Shown: piece by piece, positions 1 through 16,254 of the stretch | Position numbering within the stretch: position 1 is the stretch's first letter | Layout of the letters: the number at the start of each line of letters is the position of its first letter | From: the human T2T-CHM13v2.0 reference genome, Homo sapiens | Strand: one strand, 5' to 3' | Assembly (NCBI RefSeq): GCF_009914755.1 | Contig: NC_060935.1 | Length of the DNA stretch: 64,000 nt | Translations under genes and position numbers: made by a program | Notes under the pieces: model-generated | Told to the model about the DNA's origin: nothing | Database searches by the model: none | The model's input: the letters and a program-made list of their open reading frames with translations, nothing else

Positions 1-110
1 AAGCACAGCTGGGAGGGGAGGAAAAATATAAGACCCCTTCAGTCTTCCCAGTTCTGCTTCTCACACAATGAACTTCACAGCCCCCCAAAAGTAGATGGCT
101 GTCAAATTCA

Positions 111-772
<662 letters not shown>

Positions 773-913
773 TTAGCAGGGCAACTTGGGCAATTTAACA
801 GCCACAGTTTGGAAAAAATGCAATTTAGTGTAAATGTGGAAGCTGTATTTGGGATTTGTTAAAGTGGTTCTTTGATCCCACACTTGGTATATCACCTTAA
901 ATGTTCATAGCAG

Positions 914-1205
914 AGGTCAGGTGCGGTGGCTCAGGCCTGTAATCCCAGCACTTTGGGAGGCTGAGGCGGGCAGATCACAAGGTCAGGAAATCGAGAACAT
1001 CCTGGCCAACATGGCGAAACCCCGTCTATACTAAAAATACAAAATTAGTTGGGCATGGTGGCGCATGCCTCAGGAGGCTGGGGCAGGAGAATCGCTTGAA
1101 CCCAGGGGGTGGAGGTTGTGGTGAGCTGAGATTATGCATCGCACTCCAGCCTAGGCAACAAGAGTGAAACTCTGTCTAAAAAAAACAAAAACAAAAAACA
1201 AAAAC
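914..1205 (+). mobile_element. AluS
   Basis: Alu dimer with A-rich tail. Confidence 0.85.
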
Positions 1206-1298
1206 TGCTCATCACTGGTCATTAGATAAATGCGAATCAAAATTACAATGAGATACCATCTCACGCCAGTCAGAATGGTGATCATTAAAAAGTTAGGA
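1206..1298 (+). mobile_element. Short L1PA ORF2 3' fragment
   Basis: tgctcatcactggtcattaga...atgagataccatctcacgccagtcagaatgg matches the L1 ORF2 C-terminal region. Confidence 0.7.
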
Positions 1299-1500
1299 CT
1301 TATTTTTTCACTAGAAATAACTACTATGTTTAGCAGCTTTAAGATAATATCCCCCTTTTAAGGTTATAATACACGCTGATTGAAGACAAATTGGGAAAAT
1401 ATGAAAAAGCAGGAACAATCACCTAAACACAAAATCCTCCACAGCCCTTTCCCTTAAAGGCAACCACTATTTGGTCATTTTTGATTTCACTCTTCTTGCC

Positions 1501-1782
1501 TACATATATATCTATATATATATATCTATATATATATCTATATATATCTATATATATATCTATATATATCTATATATATCTATATATATATATATCTATA
1601 TATATCTATATATATATCTATATATATATATCTATATATATCTATATATATCTATATATCATATATATAGATATATATCTATATATATCTATATATATAT
1701 CTATATATATCTATATATATATCTATATATATATCTAGACATATATATGTAAAATATCTATATCTGTATCTGTCTATATATG
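1501..1782. repeat. Complex (TA)n/(TATATC)n microsatellite
   Basis: ~280 bp of TA dinucleotides punctuated by TC. Confidence 0.95.
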
Positions 1783-1784
1783 TA

Positions 1785-2070
1785 TTTTGAGACGGGGTAT
1801 CACTCTGTTGCCCAAGCTGGAGGTCAGTGGCACAATCTTGGCTCACTGCAACCTCCACCTCCTGGGTTCAAGCAATTATCCAGCCTCAGCCTCCCTAGTA
1901 GCTGAGATTAAAGGTGCGCACCACCACGCCCAGCTAATTTTTGTATTTTTAGTAGAGGCGAGGTTTTGCCATATTGGCTAGGCTGGTCTCGAACTCCTGA
2001 TCTCATGTGATCTGCCTGCCTTGGCTTCCCAAAGTGCTAGGATTGCAGGCGTGAGCCACCATGCCTAGCC
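1785..2070 (-). mobile_element. AluS
   Basis: Reverse Alu dimer; the TA repeat occupies its tail position. Confidence 0.85.
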
Positions 2071-2434
2071 TCCCATATATTTTTTACTCCACAGATTGTC
2101 ATGTACATATACAGAACCTATTTTTTACTTAGCATTATATTCTTACATTTTCCTATGTAACTAAATTCTTCAAAAACAACTTTTTCTTGAAAAATATTTT
2201 TTCTTCTAAGAACATAAGCAATACATTTTCTCTATAGAAAATTTGAAAATTATTGAAAAGCCAAAAGGAAAAGAAAGTTCTCCATAATCCCATCACCTAC
2301 AGATACCAGTAATCTTTAGAAACATATCTTTCCAATATTTTCTTCATACATGCATTTTCTTAAAAATTGGATTCAAAGCATGTATGTTTTTTCCCCATAC
2401 TATATAAAATATTTTCCATGATTAAATATTCTGC

Positions 2435-3045
2435 CTTTTTAAATTTTTCTAGACAGGGTCTTGCTCTGTCTCCCAGGCTGAATCTCATTATAGCCTCGAA
2501 CTCCTAGGCTCAGGCAATCCTGCCTCAGCCTCCTGAGTTAGCTGAGAGTACAGGCACATGCCACCATGCCTGGCTTATTTTTAAATTTTTTTGCAGAGAC
2601 AAAGTCTTACAAAGTCTTCCCTCCCAAAGTGCTGGGATTACAAGCATGAGCAACTGCACCTAGCGCAATATTCTGCCTAATTATCCACAACACATGGATC
2701 ATTGTTTACTTAGCCATTATTGTAATATTGAACATTTAGATTATTTCTAATTTTTCTATTAAGTAAAGCTGACTGGGTGAAATGGCTCATGCCTCTAATG
2801 AATCATTTGGGAGGCCAAGGCAAGTTTGAGACCAGCCTGGGTAACAGAGCAAGACCCTATCTCTACAAAAAATAAAATAATTAGCTGGGCAAGGTGGCAT
2901 GTGTCTGTAGTCCCAGCTACTCGTGAGGCTGAGGTGGGAGGATTGCTTGAGGCCAGGAGTTCAAGGCTGCAGTGAGCTATGATTGCACCACTGCACTAAA
3001 GCCTGGGCAACAGAGCAAGATCTTGTCTTCAAAAAATAAAAATAA
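2435..3045. mobile_element. Two degenerate AluJ copies in opposite orientation (~2435-2665 minus, ~2770-3045 plus)
   Basis: Alu motifs with AluJ-type substitutions. Confidence 0.75.
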
Positions 3046-3635
3046 GGAAAGCTGTGGTAAGTACCATTGCTTTGTTATATTTTCTTAGATTTCTAAAGCC
3101 AAAGTAATTGTTCAAAGGCTAAGAATACTTTGAAGTGCTCCACACTGTGAAAGCACTTTCCAGAAACGTAGACATTTACCCCCACCAGTGAGTGGCAGCC
3201 CCAAATTCTCACTAACATTATTTTTAAAGTTTTTATTAATTTGGTAGGATAAAAACATTTACTTTTTACTTCTCTGATTACCAGTCGGGGTGAGGTTCTT
3301 AATATTATTCACTTGCACTTTATTTTGTGAACGTTTATTCACAAGGCTGTACCTATTACCCATTAGAGTTTATTACCTATGTATTATTTATCAGGTTCTT
3401 CTTTTTCTTACATAGGACATTACATGCATTAGTATCAGTTTTCAACTCTGTGCCATATTCTTGTAAATTATTTTAGTGCATCACTTAATTTTTTTTGAAG
3501 TTAACATTGTCCTCATTAGTTACTCTGAGGTTTACAAATTACTTTTTAAGAAATAATAATAAAAAAATTGTACATGGGATTTTATTATGTTGCCCAGGGC
3601 CAGGTATAGTGGCTGATGACTTTTAAGTCATTTGT

Positions 3636-4182
<547 letters not shown>

Positions 4183-4526
4183 TAGGGATTTCTTCATGTC
4201 TGACATTTAGAATCTTGTCTTCCGTGAAAAGTAGGGGCATCCTTGGGCCAGTCCACTCTAACAAAGCAGGGCTATCTAATAACACCTGTAGTGTTTCATG
4301 TTAAGAGGTGTGAATAAATCTTTTACTGGAAGATAATTTTATTTCCTTACAGCGATAATATGCTGTATGAGCCTCCTGCTCTGCTGCCCATTACCTGCGT
4401 CACCTCCACAAGCTACTGAACCTCAAGGAACCCATCTCCTCATCAGGAAAAAAAATAAGCTTTATGTAGGTAGGCACCTAATAATGTTAAATTATCTCCT
4501 GTCTCTTTATCATTTAAAACTTTGGA

Positions 4527-5105
<579 letters not shown>

Positions 5106-5669
5106 AACCCCACTTTTTTTTGCCCCTTTCTATGTGTTTGCTGAATCTTTTATCTTGAGCATTTTAGAGTAAAAATGATACTCAAGTCTGAAATAATAAA
5201 AATAAATTCACTATAAAGAATGACCAACCTTTTCCCATCTCCTTTGAAGAGATGAGTTTTGAAATACAATATGCTCAGAACTAAGTAAATACTATCCATG
5301 AAGGCAGCTGAATGCCTCATTGGGCTACATGAGTCTCTTAAAGGGGGACAGATTCCTCAATGCCTAGAGATGGGCAGGATGGAGAAGACAAACTACAGTT
5401 TATCTACTACAATTTATAATTTTGTCGTACAGTTAAAATGGGGGGAGGAGAAACTGAAAGCATCTTAGATTTTTAAAGACAAGTTATTATATAAAAATAT
5501 TTGTCTTCTTTGCAACAAAATTAAAAAGGTAAAAATATAGGTAATAATATCTTTAATCCCCTACATCAAGAAGTTGACAGTCTATCTAAATATGCTAGAA
5601 ACATAAAAATCATATTCAGAGGTAACAAAGTAGAAATGCAGGCACTCATTTTTAAGTATACAATTTGTT

Positions 5670-5715
5670 TTTATTTACAATACCCTATAAAAATGTAAAT
5701 TTAGAAACTTTTATT
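5670..5715 (-). terminator. Polyadenylation signals AATAAA (5670-5675 and 5710-5715)
   Basis: tttatt on the + strand twice, followed in the transcript direction by U-rich sequence. Confidence 0.75.
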
Positions 5716-6846
5716 TTCATTAATTAGAACCAATCCAAACAAAAAAGATAAAGCACAGTAAGGAAGAGATAATAATCAAGTATTCACTTGATTGGTTGTG
5801 AAGGGAAGGTAGGAAAGGCATGTAGTGGAAATGGTCAGTAGACAACGGTAGAGGGAAGCTAGGTAACATCACTGGGGAACAGCTGGTGGAGCCTGGGGTT
5901 ACAGCATGGGAAGAAATGGAGATGGAGAACAGGACAGCTGGTTTTAACAGAGGATCTTACTGTTGTACAATACATGTATGTGCAAAATGTTTATTCTCTT
6001 TAAATACCATAACCTGTCCCTCCCACCCCCCAACTACATTCGAAAAAGTAAGAACAGCAGAAAGATCACGAAGGCCATGTAAAATTAATTCAGATTTAAT
6101 TTTCTTCAGGGCTGTAATCACTAGGGATCAAAACTCCTTAGTCTGGTTGATTGCTGAATGGGAGAGGAGTAAGTGAGAAAGATCATGGCAGGCTGGCCCT
6201 GCAATTATTCAAACCCAGGCCCCTGGCTGCCTGGGAACGGGACTTGGGTGAGATGAAGTAGTAAAGACAGCAGTTCTGCCCATGGTGTGGAGACTAAAAA
6301 GCAAAGCAGGCCAAACTTAGCTTCCATGGTTACATTTGGAAGTTTCTATTCATGACACCAAATAAAAGTGGGGAAGAAGGAAGCATGGCTTACTGAAGTA
6401 GTCTCAGGAAGACAGGGCAAGTGTGCAAAAAGCCACACTGCCAAAGCAGGCTACTAGTGAGGATCATCCTGGGTGACTTCGAATGCACTTGAGGGGAAAG
6501 GCTCAAGTACCCTGTAGTTGTAGCAGGAAAAAGACATAACCATGTGTTGTTTCGATTAAGGTGGACAGAAACTAAGGAAATAAAGGTGGGAAGAAGAAAA
6601 AGGACTTCTCAGCCTAGACCTGGGCATAAGCCAATTAAGAGTTCTGATTTTATTAAACGTGCTGCATACTCTTTATTTATGTTAAAACAAGTAGAACCCA
6701 CCAAATTAATTACAAGATAGAACAGAAACAGATTAAAATACATCAGCTGGTTTGTGTTTAGAAGAGGTAATGAGACAACTAAATATTTTTCAATCTAAAA
6801 TTCATTCTTTAAGGACCCTCTGAAGACCACATAAATACATGTATGG

Positions 6847-6880
6847 GGTGTGTGTGTGTGTATCTATGTGTGTGTGTATA
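6847..6880. repeat. Interrupted (TG)n, read as (CA)n in the PATL1 3'UTR
   Basis: gtgtgtgtgtgtgtatctatgtgtgtgtgtata. Confidence 0.85.
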
Positions 6881-7322
6881 TCTTGATTTCTACTTAATTG
6901 GCTCTTCTATAGTCATATTAATATGGGGCAATGAAAAAACAACTTCAATAGGATGAGGGAAGGAATCCTTTGGCAGGCTACAATCTACTCTGAGGTGGAG
7001 TAGTGGAGGGATAAAGGGAGAGATTACACTTGTGTCTCTAGGGCAAAGAAAATGCAAAACAGAACTGAGTAAAAGTAGGACATGCAGAACTGTAACACAG
7101 AAGGTAAAGAAACCAGCAGAAGTATCACCCAGCCAAATTTCATAGAGCAGTGGGGAAATATCTGACATTTAGAGAGACAACCCCTGTAAACAGGAATCGA
7201 TCCCACAAGACTTTGCTTTGGGGAAAAAGCTACCTTCCTTCCCTCATTAAAAACACTCCATTGGTGATGGCAGCAGTGCAGGTGGCAGCCAAAAGGAGGT
7301 ACAGGACACATTTGGAGATCTT

Positions 7323-7344
7323 TTATCGTATCCCCTGAACTAGC
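7323..7344 (-). CDS. PATL1: PATL1 exon 19 coding part (LVQGIR*)
   Basis: ctag|G CTA GTT CAG GGG ATA CGA TAA. Confidence 0.95.
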
Positions 7345-7494
7345 CTAGGAGTACAAAGGAGAGAAAGGAAAATTGTATAAATGAGTTAAAACAGAAGGCA
7401 ATCTTTCATATTACAGTTACATCTTTGTAAGACTTCTCATAACAAAATACCCGAGATTATTTCTCTACCCTTAGCATTTGGTCATCTTTTATGA

Positions 7495-7915
<421 letters not shown>

Positions 7916-7980
7916 TCCCAACCATAACTTCTAAAGTCCCAACTTTAGTGAGATGTGAAACTCTCCTGTTTCAAACTTAC

Positions 7981-8130
7981 TGCAGTTTTGTCTCCAGCAA
8001 GTTCAGTTTCTGCCGGTCAACATAGCGAGAAAAGAGGGACACTAGGTTTGTAGGTATAGAGATTGGCTTGGCCAGGGCTGCTTGGGGAATCCGCAGAAGT
8101 TCTCGTGTTGCCATGAACATCACCTCCGTC
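7981..8130 (-). CDS. PATL1: PATL1 exon 18 (WTEVMFM...ETKL)
   Basis: 150 nt, tcag|G...CA|gtaagt; follows a 94-nt intron. Confidence 0.95.
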
Positions 8131-8224
8131 CTGACAGGGAAGACCCATAATAATATCAGGAGAAAAAAATTTAAAAGATTACCTCAAAGAACTTAAAATA
8201 AGAGAAGAAACAGTCCACACTGAC

Positions 8225-8316
8225 CACTGATTATTTTGTGTTGATTCTGTAGCAGGGTCTGAACTCTGTAGGTCTTCACCACGGCTCAGGAGGATGAGGA
8301 GCAGTGACAGGCCAAA
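8225..8316 (-). CDS. PATL1: PATL1 exon 17 (FGLSLLLILL...QNNQ)
   Basis: 92 nt, gtag|TTT...TG|gtcagt. Confidence 0.95.
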
Positions 8317-8992
8317 CTACGAGAAAAGACAGAGGGAATCAAACTCAACACTGTGTCTAAACCTCCTCCACCACTGTTGAAGGGATCCTGGCATCAGATG
8401 GGGAACAGCTCTAAATCAAAATAACCTCACTACTGTGCTTTTCTGTAAAACCAGGTAAAGATCAGACAAGCATGAGTTGAAAGGCTATGTCTCTCTCCAG
8501 GCTTTATTCTGCCATAGCAGTGACCAGGCGCAGCCAACAGAAACGGAAAGTCATGGTGTCCAACACGCCTCTCTGTTCCCCATGCTGAGGTTAAAAGATG
8601 GTTTTTCCTTGCCATGGATAATGTAGAATTTGACTTTTCTCCTATTTATGAGAACAGAAATAGGCTAAAAAAGAAAGTAAATGAAGACCAATTTTGGTAC
8701 AGAAATTAAAAATCAGGAAAAAATAAGAAAAAAGCATTACAGTAAGATATTTTGAATTAAGAAACAAGGTGTAAACTGTAGGAAAATATACAAATAAACA
8801 CAACTGAAATAAACATGGTATAAAGAGAAACTTTCCATTAAAAAGCACATCTCTATCTGGAAATACAAAGTCTTAGACAGAATGTTAATAAAAATCTAAA
8901 AAATAAAAAGAGAGAAAGGGTAAACAGATGTATACACCGTATCTATAATTAAAATTCAGCAACATGCTTTAGAGTATGCAATATATAAAAAT

Positions 8993-10708
<1,716 letters not shown>

Positions 10709-11219
10709 TTATTCTCAGAAAAAAAATACTACTGCCTTTACTAAAATTAAAACTAAGAGACCAAATAACAGAAAGGCACATTCCGGATCACTCCAGAACC
10801 CCAGAGGCACTGTCACCTCTTCTTCCTCTGATACACTGACCTTTAGAGTCATGCTTTGGTAGGTTTTCTGGTGCAAAGGAGCAAGAGGCCTTGAGACCAC
10901 TTTTTCATCTCTACTGTACATAGAATGGCCCTTAATGAGTAACTACTATGTACCAGGCATTATATCGAACCACTTACAACTGTTATCTCATTTAAGTACC
11001 AGGACAACTCTATGAAGTCTACATCATCACCTCCATCTTATAGACCAGGAAACTGATTCAGCAATGTGATATCATCTGTCCAAGGTCACAAAGCTAGACA
11101 GTAGCAGGGAAGGACTAAAAATTCATATTCTTTATTTCATATTATGTTTCCCCTAGGAATCTCTGAATCTTTAAACTTGATGCAAATAAAATATGAAATG
11201 GATGATTCTACTATTCATA

Positions 11220-11705
11220 GTGTTATGACAGAGACTGCTAATTGCCTAATATGCCTTCCTACCCATTATCAGAACTCTTATGTGTCATGACAATGGCATA
11301 AACTAAAAGATATTTTCCAGCCTTCCCTGCACTTAGGTGTGGCCATGTGACAATGTCCTGGCTATTAACAGTAAGTAGAAGTTTCTGGTTAGAACTCCTG
11401 GAAAAGGTCTCAATAAGGAAGATGGACAGCTGGTCCACATCTTTTTGCCCTCCACATCCACCTGTCCTTCTTGATGTAAAGCTGAATCATGAATTCCACA
11501 GCCATCTTGGACCATGAGGAATAATGAACATGGAAGCCACTGGTAAGAATGGCAGAGGAAAAAAAGTGAAAAAGCCTGGATCCCTGATGACTCTGTCGAG
11601 CTACTAAATCAAATTTATTTCACACTAGACACATAAAATCCCATTTTGTTGAAAACACTGTTATTTCTAGCCGGTTACTAGGAGCTTAATGTAACTCTTG
11701 ACTGA
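11220..11705. mobile_element. MLT1-type (MaLR) LTR remnant
   Basis: ttccagccttccctgcacttaggtgtggccatgtgac...cagccatcttggaccatgagg motifs. Confidence 0.6.
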
Positions 11706-11812
11706 AAGAAGCCTTTTTCCCAAGTTGCTAGAGATACAGCAGCCATTATTTTAATCTATAACGCAAATTAAGACATTTCACAAAGTTCAAGGAGTTAAAA
11801 GGGCAAGATCAC

Positions 11813-11968
11813 CTTGTTCTGGAGCACAGCAGTGAGGTGAGGATTGGAGAGTGCTGGTGTAGCTGCACTTTGAGGTAGGTTCATTAGCTGTCGCAAAAGG
11901 CTGGTGATACTCACTGATGGAAGATGATAGAGAAGGAGAGAGAAGGGACTCAGTAAGCATGGCAGCAC
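11813..11968 (-). CDS. PATL1: PATL1 exon 16 (VLPCLLSP...VLQNK)
   Basis: 156 nt, gtag|GTG...AAG|gtgatc. Confidence 0.95.
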
Positions 11969-13823
11969 CTACAAAAAACAAATAAAAGCATTATATCCTG
12001 GCACGTGTTACTTCAGTTACCCCCCACCAGGGGCATGGATGGAAGGATGTTCATTTGTATATTCAACCACTTAAGGCACAAGTCTGGCAGATATGACTAG
12101 AGTCTTAATAATGAATTCTAAGCTATCTACTGAGAACTTTTTCATCTCAATTTGCATTGGAAACACCATGACTTGTGTGAACCAAAGGTGTAAAAAAAAA
12201 TCACTCCCAAATACATACCAAGAGTTATGCTAAAACATCAATATTTTAACTAATTCCATAAATATTTAAATGCTTACACTACACCATGGGCTAAAAACAA
12301 ATGGCAAAAGGACACAGAACCTCAGGGATCTAAAGTATAGCGGAGAAGATATGGGTTAATTGGCCATTTCAATATACTGTGAGAAGCACTCCAAGATAGG
12401 TTAAAGGCCAAGCAGAAGATCACTTCAGGCCAGGAGTTCAAGACTAGTCTGGACAACGTAGTGAGACCTCATCTCTACAACAAATAAAAAAGTTTCACCT
12501 GTAGTCCCCAGCTACTCAATAGGCTGAGGTGGTAGGTTTGCTTGAGTCTAAGAGTTCAAGGTTACATTGAACTATGATTGCACAACCACATTCCGGCTTG
12601 GGTGACAGGGTGAGACCCACCCTGTCTCAAAAGAAGTGTTTTCAGATTTAATGTATTTTCTTTTATTTTTATAAAAGCTCAATGAGGAAGAAAAGAAATA
12701 ATTAGCCAATTTTTATAGATTTTTAGAGAATCTATAAAGTGATCAGAAACTCAGTGTTTGGAGTTACATAGCCACAGCTAGAGCCAGAACCCAAGGCTGT
12801 TGAATTCCAGCCTTCTAGTCATTTATTTCTTTTTGTCATGTAGCCAACTGGAAAGTTAAAATAAAGAACTATTAATATAAATAACTAGGTTATAACACAA
12901 CAAAGGAAATCAAGAGTGCTTCCAGACAATCAATGCACATGGTATAAAGTGATGGCTGGTTTTACTTTAAATGGCAACTGCAAATGGGGAATAAAATATT
13001 TTTTGTGGTCTACTATAAATTAAAAAAGCTTTTATTATGGTCATTTTAGAACATACATGAAAATACAAACAACAGCATAATGACATTCATGTACTCACCA
13101 CCCAATTTCAACATCAACCAAATTATCAACATTTTGCCAATCTTATTAAATCTATGTTCCTTCTGTATCATATCATTTCATCCCAAAATACATCAGTTTG
13201 TATTTCTAACAAAATCTCTCACAATATCATACCTAACAAAATAAACAATAATTTTTCTTCATAGACCATTTCTCAGGAAAGAATTTTAAAATATCATCTA
13301 GTATCTGTTTCAAATTCAAATTCCCTCAAATGCCTTTAAAAATATCTTTTAGCAGCTGAACTTTGTATTAGAACCATTATTGTGCTAATTATGGTTCAAA
13401 CAAGATCCACACATTGCATTTGCCTGGTAAGGTTTTTAAAATCTCTCTAACAGGTCTTCTGCCACTGGCCCTTTTCTCTTGTTATTTATCTGTTAAAGAA
13501 ACTGGGTCATTTGTTCTATAGTTTGAATTTGGCAAACTGCATGTTGGCAGTGTCACTTAGCAGGTTCTGCTATCCTCTGTTTCCCTCCTAAACAGATAGT
13601 TAGAATAACAGGTTTATTTGATTCAGGTTCAGTAGGATGTGGGAGGGACATGTGAGAAAACGTCATGGATAGAACTGTGTATTTTCCATTGCATTATGCC
13701 AAGAAGAGCTAGGTATGGTGGCTCATGCCTGTAATCCCTGCATTTTAGGAAGCAGAGATGGGAAAACTGCTTGAGCCCAGGAGCTCGAGACAAGCCTGGA
13801 CAACATAGGGAGACTTCGTTTCC

Positions 13824-13859
<36 letters not shown>

Positions 13860-13963
13860 CACAGTGCTTGGTTGTCCCACTCTTAGAGGTGTTAAGAGTT
13901 CATTAATGGGTTCAGGTGTTGCCAGGCTGCTCCAACCACTGTAAAGTTCCCCATCCACTTTTT

Positions 13964-14702
13964 TTTTTTTTTTTAATCCATTCAACCCTGAGTGGATACA
14001 GCACATGTTTCAGAGAGCACAGGGTTGGGGGTAAGGTCACAGATCAACAGGATCCCAAGGCAGAAGAATTTTTCTTAGTACAGAACAAAATGAAAAGTCT
14101 CCCATGTCTACCTCTTTCTACACAGACACGGCAACCATCCGATTTCTCAATCTTTTCCCCACCTTTCCCCCCTTTCTATTCCACAAAACCGCCATTGTCA
14201 TCATGGCCCGTTCTCAATGAGCTGTTGGGTACACCTCCCAGACGGGGTGGTGGCAGGGCAGAGGGGCTCCTCACTTCCCAGTAGGGGCGGCCGGGCAGAG
14301 GCGCCCCTCACCTCCCGGACGGGGCGGCTGGCCGGGCGGGGGGCTGACCCCCCCACCTCCCTCCCGGACGGGGCGGCTGGCCGGGCAGAGGGGCTCCTCA
14401 CTTCCCAGCAGGGGTGGCCGGGCAGAGGCGCCCCCCACTTCCCGGACGGGGTGGCTGGCCGGGCGGGGGGCCGACCCCCCCACCTCCCTCCCGGACAGGG
14501 CGGCTGGCCGGGCAGAGGGGCTCCTCACTTCCCAGTAGGGGCGGCCGGGCAGAGGTGCCCCTCACCTCCCGGACGGGGCGGCTGGCTGGGCGGGGGGCTG
14601 ACCCCCCCACATCCCTCCCTCCCGGACGGGGCGGCTGGCCGGGCAGAGGGGCTCCTCACTTCCCAGTAGGGGCGGCCAGGCAGAGGTGCCCCTCACTTCC
14701 CC
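13964..14702 (-). mobile_element. Truncated young SVA (VNTR plus partial SINE-R) in intron 15, sense to PATL1
   Basis: SVA VNTR units 14240-14700, SINE-R 13975-14240, T-tract, 15-bp TSD ccccatccacttttt at 13949-13963 and 14703-14717. Confidence 0.93.
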
Positions 14703-16254
14703 CCCCATCCACTTTTTACCTACTGCTTTTAGCAGCCAGTAATGAGTGCTGTCTAGATTGACTGCTTCTCTGTTGAGGCTTGCAAAAACAGTTATTTTCT
14801 AATTTTATCATTTCTTTTGTATTTATTAGCTAAAATTCTTCTACAAAGAACTTTGTATTATCAACTCTCTGATTACCATGACATTTGGTTGTAATGGAAA
14901 GGTAGGATAAATGCTTTTCCTTTATTTACCAATTTTCTGAATAGTGGGTTGATGGCCTAGTAGTCTCCAAAGGTGATCAATATATGTTTAACACTATTAC
15001 CTCATTAAATATATTTGATATATTTCAATCTACTGCTGTAACTGTTCTTTCTGATGAAAATTATTCCACTTTTGGCCAGTATGAGTCTCTTGAAGTTGGT
15101 TTGTGTATCCTTTAGACAGGACTCTAGTAATCTATTAACTTCCTTGCTTTCTGGCACTAGATATTCCAGGATATCTTGTACATTTCATGATTCAGACCTA
15201 GAACCAGCTATTACTTCAAGAAAATGGTATTTAGAGATGTGGTTTATTACTCCTTAAAACATACAGGTAAAAATCAGCCTAGGTATTTAGCCAAGCTTTC
15301 CTCCTAGCAGGTAAGCTCCATGAAAGCAGGCATTTTTGCATTCTTATCTTTTAGCACCTAGAACTAGGTGTTGTATTTCTAGGAGGTAAAATAATGCCTG
15401 GCACATAGAAGTATTCAGCAAATTATCTCCCAAACTTGTTTCCACACAAGAGCTCTGGTGGGATTATGAGTGCCCATTACACTGCTTACAAATTATATGC
15501 TCTAAGGTAGCTGTTACTTTTTTAGTCTGGTCTTCTATTTTCTAGGATAAACCTCAAATACTGGAACTTTTCCCTAACTCATTTTTCATTTGTGGAATTT
15601 TTTTTTTTTTTTTTTTGAGTAGCTGGGACCACAGGCATATACTACTGTGTCCAGCTCATTTTTTTCTTTTTTTTCTCTATTTTTAGTAGGGACAGTTTTT
15701 CACCATGTTGCCCAGGATGGTCTTGAACTCTTGGCCTCAAGCGATCCACTTGCCTCAGCCTCCCAAAGTGTTGGGATTATAGGCGTAAGCCACTGTGCCC
15801 AGCCAAATCTTTTAAATATATACTTGTCCCAACCCACTTCACTTTTTTCAATGAGACCTAAACTTCTCATTCATTTCTTCTGCAGATGCTAACATTTCAA
15901 GGATCTATGAAAGAATAATTTCCCTTTCATAGCATACCATTTATAAGGTATTCTGTGTTTTCTGGGGACTCATTACTTAGATCGTTATTACTCAACTTGT
16001 AGTCTATAACAGGTTCACTCCCATATATTCTACTATTCTGAATCTTGTACTAATATTCATCCTTTGTCCCACTTTTATCAGTTTCTTATTTTGAACTTCT
16101 TAAGACTATTCTAAATTTTGCTCATCTTTCAGGTGTGCTATGACAAGGATAAGGAGAGAAAAACTCTAACCAAGAATTAACTTGTACATGTGATAACCAT
16201 GTTAAAATTCCAGCCTAGTCTAGATCATGATAAAAATTATTTAAAGGGCTGGCT

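Larger units (their letters stand above)
5650..7322 (-). other. PATL1: PATL1 3'UTR
   Basis: Stretch without interspersed repeats between the stop codon and tandem AATAAA signals; exact cleavage site inferred. Confidence 0.85.

Noticed and set aside
1471-1752. Ile/Tyr-rich ORFs
   Set aside because: Translation of the TA microsatellite
10790-10921. Exon-like minus-strand segment with GAAGAAGAG and donor-like sites
   Set aside because: Weak acceptor without a pyrimidine tract; no support beyond chance motifs
13916-14761. Overlapping Gly/Pro/Arg-rich ORFs
   Set aside because: SVA VNTR translation; the tandem units have no unique spacers, so this is not a CRISPR-like array
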